DNA of 10,045 nucleotides, from assembly GCA_041496385.1 (NCBI GenBank), contig JBGQEL010000143.1, forward strand, positions 1 to 10,045, given 5' to 3'. Below, piece by piece: positions 1 through 6,221 of this stretch; the first letter of the stretch is position 1; the number at the start of each line of letters is the position of its first letter. Under the pieces are notes generated by a model. The model did not search any database. It was not told the origin of the DNA and was given only the letters and a program-made list of their open reading frames with translations. The position numbers were made by a program, and so were the translations under genes. Source of the DNA: Candidatus Methylomirabilia bacterium. Its GTDB lineage: Bacteria; Methylomirabilota; Methylomirabilia; Rokubacteriales; CSP1-6.

Positions 1-361
1 CGCCGTCGCGGCCGATGCGTCGGGCGCGCTCGATCGTGTCGCCGATCGAGAGCTTGTAGCGGGCGGGATGGTTCAGCACCCAGAGCGTCTCGCGCTCGCC
101 CAGCACCTTGCCCACGTGCTGCTCGACGGCCTCACCGTCGAGGCCGACATTCCAGTTCAGCTCGACCCCGTGGAAGAGGAGCAGCCGCGACGCGAGCTTC
201 GGGAGCGACCGCCAGTAGCTCCGCGGGATGCGGTCCTCGTGGTCGGTGATCGCGAGGAAGTCGTAGCCCAGCGCCTCGTACTCCGCGATCAGCCCGGCCG
301 GCGTCTTGACCCCGTCCGACCAGGTCGTGTGGGCGTGCAGGTTGCCCCGGAGCCAGGCCAT
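1..361 (-). CDS. PHP-domain metal-dependent phosphoesterase/hydrolase, N-terminal 120 codons (runs off the left edge)
   Basis: Manual translation from ATG at 361: MAWLRGNLHAHTTWSDGVKTPAGLIAEYEALGYDFLAITDHEDR...FHGVELN...QHVG...VLNHPARY. It carries the PHP motifs HxHTxxSDG, AITDH, GVE and NHP. The ATG overlaps the upstream TGA (TGATG). Confidence 0.88.
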   Translation of the reverse strand, partial: MAWLRGNLHAHTTWSDGVKTPAGLIAEYEALGYDFLAITDHEDRIPRSYWRSLPKLASRLLLFHGVELNWNVGLDGEAVEQHVGKVLGERETLWVLNHPARYKLSIGDTIERARRIGRDG

Positions 362-1158
362 CAGGCCGCGCCCCGCCAGAGCGCCGCGATCTCGTCCAGG
401 CGCGCGATCCACACGCGCGGCGCCCCCTTCGCGTGAAGGACCAGCTCGCGCAGGCAGGCGAAGCGCGACGGGCGCCCGATGAGCTGCGGGTGGAAGGTGA
501 AGTTCGCCACGCCGCCCGCCTCACAGATCCCGTCGAGCTCCGTGAACCAACCCTGGAGCACGGGCCCGGGCGGCTGGATCGCGCGCTGGCCGGTGAAGAG
601 GAAGTAGGGCGCGTCGTCGAGCACCCAGGACACCGGGATCTCGACGAGCACGGCGCCGTCGAGGCCCGCGTGCACGTAGGGCGCGAGCCGGTCCATCATG
701 TTCGACGAGTACGCGAAGCCGTGACGCGCGAGGAGCCCGAGCGTGCGCTCCGAGAGCTGCCACGCGGGCGCGCGGTACCCGACCGGTCGCCGCCCCGTCA
801 TGCGGGTGAGGACCTCGATCGAGCGCAGCAGGACCTTCTCCTCACCGTCGGCGTCCAGATCGGTCACCCGCTCGTGGACGTCGCCGTGGCAGCCGACCTC
901 GTGCCCGCCGGCGACGATCGCGGCGAGGGCGTCGGGATAGTGCTCCGCCACCCAGGCCGGAACGAAGAAGGAGGCGTGGATCTCGGCGGCGCGGAGCAGA
1001 TCGAGGATCCGCGGCAGCGCCTCGACCGGGCCGAAGCGTCCCTGCGAGAGGGCGACCGGCTCGGAGACGCCGCGCGCCATCCAGAGGGTTTCCGCGTCGA
1101 GGTCGAAGGTGAAGGCGCACGCGGCCCTCGCCCCGCCGGGCCAGCGAGGTGCGGTCAT
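361..1158 (-). CDS. Polysaccharide deacetylase, CE4 family, PuuE/H. pylori PgdA-like subgroup (265 aa)
   Basis: Start reassigned to ATG 1158 (MTAPRWPGG), 4 bp after the upstream stop. Motifs: FTFDLDAE, SQGRFG..ALPRILDLL, SFFVP, HEVGCHGDVHE, GYRAPAW, EIPVSWVLDD, FTFHPQLIGRP. Confidence 0.9.
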   Translation of the reverse strand: MTAPRWPGGARAACAFTFDLDAETLWMARGVSEPVALSQGRFGPVEALPRILDLLRAAEIHASFFVPAWVAEHYPDALAAIVAGGHEVGCHGDVHERVTDLDADGEEKVLLRSIEVLTRMTGRRPVGYRAPAWQLSERTLGLLARHGFAYSSNMMDRLAPYVHAGLDGAVLVEIPVSWVLDDAPYFLFTGQRAIQPPGPVLQGWFTELDGICEAGGVANFTFHPQLIGRPSRFACLRELVLHAKGAPRVWIARLDEIAALWRGAA

Positions 1159-1162
1159 CCGC

Positions 1163-1546
1163 TCAGGGAGCGGTGCGCGCGGGGGCCGGCGCTGGAGCGT
1201 CCCAGGTGGCGCTGAAGCCGATCGAGAACCAGCCGTTGTGCTCGTACCAGCCGCCCAGCGACCCGCCCACGGGCACGCTCGGCGTGGTCCAGCCGGCGAT
1301 GCCCACGCGGCCGGTGGCGGTCTTGGTCGAGAGCCCTCGGATGAAGCCCGGTTCCATCGGCACGCGTCCAGCGCGCGGGTAGTTGTCGGCATCGATGGGT
1401 CGCGATTCGCGGGAAAGGCCCGGCTGGATCAGCGCGGGCTCGCGCTCACGGGACGGCGCCGGCGCGGGCTTCGTGATGTCCACCTGCTGCGCTGCCGCGG
1501 GCGCCACGACGAGAATCGCCAGTAGAAGCGTCATCAGCGATCTCAT
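1163..1546 (-). CDS. Secreted hypothetical protein (127 aa)
   Basis: Sec-type signal peptide MRSLMTLLLAILVVAPAAA|QQ. It fits the gap between neighbouring genes without overlap and is preceded by a -10-like element. Confidence 0.75.
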   Translation of the reverse strand: MRSLMTLLLAILVVAPAAAQQVDITKPAPAPSREREPALIQPGLSRESRPIDADNYPRAGRVPMEPGFIRGLSTKTATGRVGIAGWTTPSVPVGGSLGGWYEHNGWFSIGFSATWDAPAPAPARTAP

Positions 1547-1552
1547 ATATCC

Positions 1553-1561
1553 ACTATAGCA
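1553..1561 (-). promoter_or_regulatory. Extended -10 element TGcTATAGT, 6 nt before ATG 1546 (probable leaderless promoter)
   Basis: Minus strand reads TGC-TATAGT-ggatat-ATG, with no properly spaced Shine-Dalgarno (SD) sequence. Confidence 0.6.
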
Positions 1562-1602
1562 CGCCCGGAACGGTCTCCCCCCGGGCCGAGACGACCCCCG
1601 GA

Positions 1603-1611
1603 TGGTACTCT
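1603..1611 (+). promoter_or_regulatory. Extended -10 element TGgTACTCT, 6 nt before ATG 1618 (probable leaderless promoter)
   Basis: Plus strand reads TGG-TACTCT-cgcgcc-ATG, with no SD. Confidence 0.5.
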
Positions 1612-1617
1612 CGCGCC

Positions 1618-2226
1618 ATGCCGCGCGTTCGCGCGATCGCCGTCCTCGCCCTGGTCGCCGCCGGCTGCGCCTCGACGACCTCGAGCCGGCCCGCGCCGGT
1701 GACCGCCGTCGATTTCAAGCCCGAGCAGATCCGCCGGCCGGTCCTGCTCGTGCGATTCGTCTTCCCTCCGGGCGTCGAGGACGAGGACCGGCAGACCCAG
1801 CGCGCCGACTACGAGGGCGCCCTGCTCGATGGTCTGAACGCGCGGGCGGTGCTCGCCCGCGACGTCCAGCTCCTCCCCGAGCGGGAGACGCGGGCCGACC
1901 CCGAGACCGCGCTCGCGCGGGCGCGCGCGCTCGGCGCCGATCACGCGATCTACATCCAGGTGCGCGTCGGGACGCTCCAGGCCGTCTTCTGCGGCGACTC
2001 GCGCCGCCCCTTCCGCGCCCAGGCGGTCGCCTGGAGCCAGATGGTCAGCGTGCTGCGCGTGAGCGACGGCGCCCGGCGGCTCACGGTGCTCGGTCCGGGG
2101 GGCGGGCTCGAGGTGTACGACGTCGAGCCCGATTGCGGCAACCCGCCCGACTCCCGGCGCCGGACGCCGACCGAGGCCATCGACGAGGCGGTCGCGAAGC
2201 TCCTGGACCGCGTCGTCGGCCCCTAA
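1618..2226 (+). CDS. Putative lipoprotein of unknown function (202 aa)
   Basis: Basic N-terminus, hydrophobic core and lipobox AAG|C (MPRVRAIAVLALVAAGC). Third codon positions are strongly GC. The stop overlaps the convergent gene by 4 bp. Confidence 0.82.
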   Translation: MPRVRAIAVLALVAAGCASTTSSRPAPVTAVDFKPEQIRRPVLLVRFVFPPGVEDEDRQTQRADYEGALLDGLNARAVLARDVQLLPERETRADPETALARARALGADHAIYIQVRVGTLQAVFCGDSRRPFRAQAVAWSQMVSVLRVSDGARRLTVLGPGGGLEVYDVEPDCGNPPDSRRRTPTEAIDEAVAKLLDRVVGP

Positions 2227-2642
2227 TCGCGCTCCGCGGCCCAGCGCATGACCCGCTGCGCCAGATATCCCGTCGGGATCACCAGGTAGAAGGACCAGAG
2301 CGCCGCGAGCAGCGACCAGTAGGGCAGCAGGACGAAGAGATCGAAGTAGTTGAGCGTGCGAAAGCCGTTGCGGATCCAGATGGTGGTCGCGGCGGCGACG
2401 CCGAAGAGCAGCGCGCCGCCGTAGGGCACCAGGATGGCGAGCCGGACGTCGTTCGTGGAATCGGCGACGACGGGGCGAAGCGCGAGCGCCGCGACGAGGC
2501 TGACGCCGCAGAGGAGCGCCGCCGAGGTCGGATGGCCGAGATCCCTGAACACGCTGCGGATCGACGGTGGTAGGAGCAGCACCGCGTACCAGACGAGACC
2601 GAGCGCCAGGGCCGCGAGCGCGTACCGCAGTCGCCCGGGCAT
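2223..2642 (-). CDS. Hypothetical integral membrane protein, about 4 TM helices (139 aa)
   Basis: The last 139 aa of the 472-aa track ORF (MPGRLRYALAALALGLVWY...). ATG at 2642 lies 5 bp after the NYN stop. Four hydrophobic segments. Confidence 0.75.
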   Translation of the reverse strand: MPGRLRYALAALALGLVWYAVLLLPPSIRSVFRDLGHPTSAALLCGVSLVAALALRPVVADSTNDVRLAILVPYGGALLFGVAAATTIWIRNGFRTLNYFDLFVLLPYWSLLAALWSFYLVIPTGYLAQRVMRWAAERD

Positions 2643-2647
2643 CCGCC

Positions 2648-3550
2648 CTACCCCGGGAGCGCGACGTTGCCGTTCGGCTCGCCGAGGTTGCCGTCGGTCT
2701 CGCGGCTGCGGATCGCCGTCACCACGCGCCCGTCGGCGTCGCGCACCTCGAATTCCTCGATCAGGCGCGCCTCCAGGAGCTGCTGGACCAGCGCCTCGCG
2801 CTCGGCGCCGACGGGCGGGAGCTGGTGCGACTTCCAGCGCATGACGAAGTAGCCGCGGCTCACGTGCGGCAGCCGCGACTGCGCGCGCTGGAGCTCCGCG
2901 ACGCCGTGCTCGAGCGCCGTCTGCGCGGCGGCCGGGGGTGGGACGACGGGGCGTTGGACGCGCGAGGGCAAGAGCCGCCCGGGGGCGCGCTCGGACACGC
3001 GCGCGCGCTCGGCGCGGAAGGCACCGAGGCCCTCGCTCAGGTGGATGTGGCCGAAGCAGCGGACGCGCAGGTCCTTCGAGAGCTCCTCCGCCGACCACGT
3101 GGCGACCCACACCTGCTTGCCGAGCGCGTTCACCGCCTCGACGGCCGGCACGAAATCGTCGTCGCCCGAGACGAGCACCGCCGCGTCGAACGCGCCGCTC
3201 GCCGCGTGCTGGATAAGGTCGGCGACCAGCCGCGTGTCCACGCGCTTCTCGGTCGTGTACTCGTACTCGGCGCCGCAGTGCGGGCAGCGGCCGCTCCGCC
3301 GCACACGCGGCTCGCGCTTGACGAAGTAGCCCGGCCGCAGCTCGAGCCCCTTGAGGAAGCCGTCGACGGCGGGCGGCGCGTCGGCCGAGAGGCCGACGTA
3401 GTAGTAGGCGCCGGAGAAGAGCGCGTTCGGCCCGCCGACCTGCTGCGTGATCCAGACGGCAAGCCGGTCGTAGTCCACGCGGAGCGATTCGTCGTAGCGG
3501 AGCAGCGAACGGTAGAAGTTCTGGCCATCGAAGAAGATGGCGATCTTCAT
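2648..3550 (-). CDS. NYN-domain (LabA/DUF88, PIN-like fold) putative ribonuclease with a CxxC insertion and a C-terminal accessory domain (300 aa)
   Basis: GGAGG SD 7 nt before ATG 3550. Acidic NYN motifs FFDGQN, EKRVD and VSGDDDFVP. RCPHCG precedes EKRVD. A Pro/Arg-rich linker is followed by an extra domain of about 70 aa. Confidence 0.9.
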   Translation of the reverse strand: MKIAIFFDGQNFYRSLLRYDESLRVDYDRLAVWITQQVGGPNALFSGAYYYVGLSADAPPAVDGFLKGLELRPGYFVKREPRVRRSGRCPHCGAEYEYTTEKRVDTRLVADLIQHAASGAFDAAVLVSGDDDFVPAVEAVNALGKQVWVATWSAEELSKDLRVRCFGHIHLSEGLGAFRAERARVSERAPGRLLPSRVQRPVVPPPAAAQTALEHGVAELQRAQSRLPHVSRGYFVMRWKSHQLPPVGAEREALVQQLLEARLIEEFEVRDADGRVVTAIRSRETDGNLGEPNGNVALPG

Positions 3551-3580
3551 CCAGAGCCTCCCAATCAAATCGCGGGTGAA

Positions 3581-3656
3581 TGGTGGACGATACTGGACTT
3601 GAACCAGTGACCTCTGGCATGTGAGGCCAGCGCTCTGCCAACTGAGCTAATCGTCC
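3581..3656 (-). tRNA. tRNA-Val (anticodon CAC), 76 nt, CCA encoded
   Basis: Sequence GGACGATTAGCTCAGTTGGCAGAGCGCTGGCCTCACATGCCAGAGGTCACTGGTTCAAGTCCAGTATCGTCCACCA. Acceptor GGACGAT/ATCGTCC, D arm GCTC/GAGC, anticodon arm CTGGC-CTCACAT-GCCAG, T arm ACTGG-TTCAAGT-CCAGT. Confidence 0.98.
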
Positions 3657-3665
3657 GTCGCTGGA

Positions 3666-3694
3666 AATCTACACACTCGGGGGACGCGCGTCAA
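3666..3694 (-). promoter_or_regulatory. Sigma70-type promoter of tRNA-Val
   Basis: TTGACG (3694-3689), a 17-bp spacer, then TAGATT (3671-3666), ending 9 nt before the tRNA 5' end. Confidence 0.8.
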
Positions 3695-3713
3695 CCGCGA
3701 CTCCCATCGGCCA

Positions 3714-4253
3714 CTACCGGCTGCCCGGGTAGCGCGCGAGAAGATCCGCGATCTCCTCGGCAGGCGGGCGATGGCCGGGGGCCAGCGCGCCGCCGCGCTC
3801 CTGCAGGCTTTGGGCGCCGCGCAGATGGTTGATCATCATCTGCACGGCGTCCCGCTCCGACATCCCCTTGACACGCACGAGGATCTCCACGGCCTTCGCG
3901 TTGGCCTCGAGCTCGCGGAACTCCTGGGCGCGTAGGAATTCGGTCGTCGACGCTCCGGCGACGGGCATGTCGTGACTCAGGACGTAGTGCGCCAGCTCGT
4001 GCGCCACGACCGCCATCAGATTGCGGGAGCCGAGCATGCGCACGTTCAGGTAGAAATTGCCTTGGCGATAGCGCGCACCGATGCCCAGGTTCGTGGCGGG
4101 CTCGACCACGACCCCCACCCGAAACATCTTGTAGTAGGCCGCGGTCGCATCGGCGAACTGCTGGACCTCGACGACCCGGTCGTGCTGCTGAGGTGTGAGG
4201 GAGGTGCAGCCGGCGACCACCAGGACGAGCGCGGGTGCGAGGAAACCCCTCAC
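3714..4253 (-). CDS. M48-like zinc metallopeptidase lipoprotein (179 aa from GTG)
   Basis: AAGGA shortly before GTG 4253. Lipobox VAG|C. VAHELAHYVLSH (HExxH), downstream ELEAN (third-ligand Glu, M48-like ExxAD position) and C-terminal HRPPAEEI. Confidence 0.8.
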   Translation of the reverse strand: MRGFLAPALVLVVAGCTSLTPQQHDRVVEVQQFADATAAYYKMFRVGVVVEPATNLGIGARYRQGNFYLNVRMLGSRNLMAVVAHELAHYVLSHDMPVAGASTTEFLRAQEFRELEANAKAVEILVRVKGMSERDAVQMMINHLRGAQSLQERGGALAPGHRPPAEEIADLLARYPGSR

Positions 4254-4264
4254 GAATCCTTGCC
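4249..4264. repeat. 16-bp direct repeat, left copy (CTCACGAATCCTTGCC)
   Basis: Exact match to 8346-8361. Contains the SD-like AAGGA and the GTG start of the M48-like gene. Confidence 0.9.
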
Positions 4265-4350
4265 CATTGGCCGTGGTGGACAACGAGAAACGGCTCTCGA
4301 CGTCGCCCTCGCGGAACCCGCCATCAGGAGGAATGGGCTTCTCCTCTGCG

Positions 4351-6162
4351 CTAGGCCATCGGGGGCATCGTCACGCGGAATGTCGTACCGACGCCAGGGC
4401 GGCTTTCGACCGAGATGGTGGCGCCTGGCTGCTGCTCGACGAGGGAGCGAACGATGGAGAGTCCGATCCCGGTTCCCTCTGCCTTCGTGGTGTAGAACGG
4501 CTCCCAGATCTTCGCCAGCGCGTCGGCCGGAATGCCAGGCCCGGTGTCGACCACCTCCGCGACCACAGTGCCCACGCTCCCCTCGGGCTCATAGGCTTTG
4601 AGCGTCACCTGCCCGCCCCGCGTGTCCGCCATGGCCTGGACCGCATTCATGGCCAGGTTGACGAAGACCTGCATGAGCGCGCTGCGGTCACCTCGGATCT
4701 TCGGGAGCCGGTCCGCCACGTCGACCTCGATGCTCACCTCGTGCTTTCGGGCTTCGTAGGCGAGCACTTCTTTCGTCGCCGCGAGCAATTCACCGAGATC
4801 GAGCGGCGTCGGCTCGGTCTTCGCCGGCTTCGAGTAGGTCGACAGGCTCTCCATGATCCGCAGCATCCGCTGCGTGGCTTCCTCGAAGCGAACGATGTGA
4901 TGCGCGATGACCTCCAGACTCGGCTGCTGCCCCGCCACCATCTGGCGCTTCAGAATCTCCAGGCGTCCCGCGATGACGGCCAGCGGGTTCCTGAGCTCAT
5001 GCGCGATCCCCGCGGCCAGGCGCCCGAGCGCCGCCATCTTCTCGCTCCTGACGAGGTCGTCCGCGGCACGCGCACGCTCCGCGATTCCCTGTTCCAGCGC
5101 CTCCGCCATCTCGTCGAAGGATCGGGCCAGTTGGCCAAGCTCACTGTAGGTATCGGACCCGCCGGCGCGCGCCTGGAGATCGCCGGCTGCCAGTCGCTTC
5201 GTGGCCGCCACCAGCGCCGCCGTGCGACGCAGGACGAGTCGCTCTGCCACGACGCGCGCGGCCCCGAGGCTCACGACGGAGACGAGCCCGAGTCCGATGA
5301 GATTCCGAACGAGACTTCGGTTCGGCTCGGCAAACGCGACCGATCGGGGAATGCCGACCGCGAGATAGGCGTCGCCGCCCCCGGAGACTGCGGACAACGT
5401 GCTCATTCCGTACAGCCGGGGCACACCGTCCAAGCCGACCGTATCGGCCGTGCCCTCTGCGTGCTTGGCCAGAATGGCCGTGGTCAGCGGCGCGTTGGCC
5501 ACCCGCGTCCCGATCCATTCGTCTCCTCCCGGGTAGCGGGCGAGAATGACAGCGTTCTGGTCGATCACCAGGAGCGTGGAGCCTTGGGGCAATCGGGCGT
5601 CGGTAAGCAGCTGATTGACCCGCCGCAGATCGAGCGAGACCACGACCACCGCTTGCGCCGGGCCTTGCCCATCGACGACCACGGGATACGCGATAATGAC
5701 GCTCGGCTTCTTGCTGATGCGCCCGACCACGTACCCGCTCATGACGACGTCGCGGGTCGCGAGGGCACGCTGAAAGTAGTCGCGATCCGAAAGATTGATC
5801 GGCCCTGCGGACGGCATCGCCGTGCACACCACTTCGCCGGTCGGCGCGGCGACAGCAATATTCGAGTACTCGGGTGATCGGGTGAGGAGATCCGCCAGCA
5901 GCCGAGGGCACGCGGTGGCGTCGAGCGTCTTCACGGCAGGGACCTGGGCCAGCGTGAACGCCAGCTGGCGCGCGGTCTGGAACACGTCGTTTTGCTCGGC
6001 GGCAGCGAGCCGGGCGATCCGCAAGGCATCCGCGTGGGCGTCGGCCGCGGCCGCGCGCCGCCGCTCCAGGCCGCTATAGAGCGTCAGCGCAAAGGCCGGG
6101 AGCATCGCGACGAGGACCAAGAAGATGAGGCGAGCACGCAAGCTGGCGAACCATGGCTTCAT
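4351..6162 (-). CDS. Sensor histidine kinase: TM, periplasmic Cache-like domain, TM, HAMP, HisKA, HATPase (603 aa)
   Basis: Start reassigned to ATG 6162 (MKPWFASLRARLIFLVLV). Cache-like NLSDRDYFQRAL...GRISKKP..IIAYPV, HAMP ELGQLARSFDEMAEAL, H-box AHELRNPL, N-box NLAMNA, then DTGPGI, FYTTK and GTGIGL. Confidence 0.93.
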   Translation of the reverse strand: MKPWFASLRARLIFLVLVAMLPAFALTLYSGLERRRAAAADAHADALRIARLAAAEQNDVFQTARQLAFTLAQVPAVKTLDATACPRLLADLLTRSPEYSNIAVAAPTGEVVCTAMPSAGPINLSDRDYFQRALATRDVVMSGYVVGRISKKPSVIIAYPVVVDGQGPAQAVVVVSLDLRRVNQLLTDARLPQGSTLLVIDQNAVILARYPGGDEWIGTRVANAPLTTAILAKHAEGTADTVGLDGVPRLYGMSTLSAVSGGGDAYLAVGIPRSVAFAEPNRSLVRNLIGLGLVSVVSLGAARVVAERLVLRRTAALVAATKRLAAGDLQARAGGSDTYSELGQLARSFDEMAEALEQGIAERARAADDLVRSEKMAALGRLAAGIAHELRNPLAVIAGRLEILKRQMVAGQQPSLEVIAHHIVRFEEATQRMLRIMESLSTYSKPAKTEPTPLDLGELLAATKEVLAYEARKHEVSIEVDVADRLPKIRGDRSALMQVFVNLAMNAVQAMADTRGGQVTLKAYEPEGSVGTVVAEVVDTGPGIPADALAKIWEPFYTTKAEGTGIGLSIVRSLVEQQPGATISVESRPGVGTTFRVTMPPMA

Positions 6163-6163
6163 A

Positions 6164-6221
6164 GGGTCTCGAAGGCCGGGTCTCAGCCGAGGGTCTCCCT
6201 GACCCTCTGGCTCAGGGTCTC
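6164..6221. repeat. Four copies of GGGTCTC (GAGACCC on the coding strand)
   Basis: Copies at 6164-6170, 6178-6184, 6191-6197 and 6215-6221, spanning the junction between the two kinases. Confidence 0.7.

Noticed and set aside
1159..1392. N-terminal extension of the 343-aa deacetylase ORF
   Set aside because: It overlaps the signal-peptide gene in another frame. Family similarity begins at MTAPRWP (1158).
2643..3641. N-terminal 333 aa of the 472-aa minus ORF
   Set aside because: It starts inside the tRNA and overlaps the NYN gene out of frame with Arg/Ala-rich sequence. Only 2223-2642 looks coding.
3581..3656. tRNA-Val as an integration site with a downstream att duplication
   Set aside because: I saw no copy of the tRNA 3' end in 1-3580 and no integrase. 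The only partial match (4274-4284) lies upstream of the tRNA.
4326..4345. AGGAGGA/TTCTCCT hairpin after the kinase stop as an intrinsic terminator
   Set aside because: The stem is mismatched on the transcribed strand and has no U-tract.
4195..5877. 560-aa plus-strand ORF
   Set aside because: Antisense shadow of the Cache-HAMP kinase with no recognisable motifs. Long shadow ORFs are expected at this GC content.
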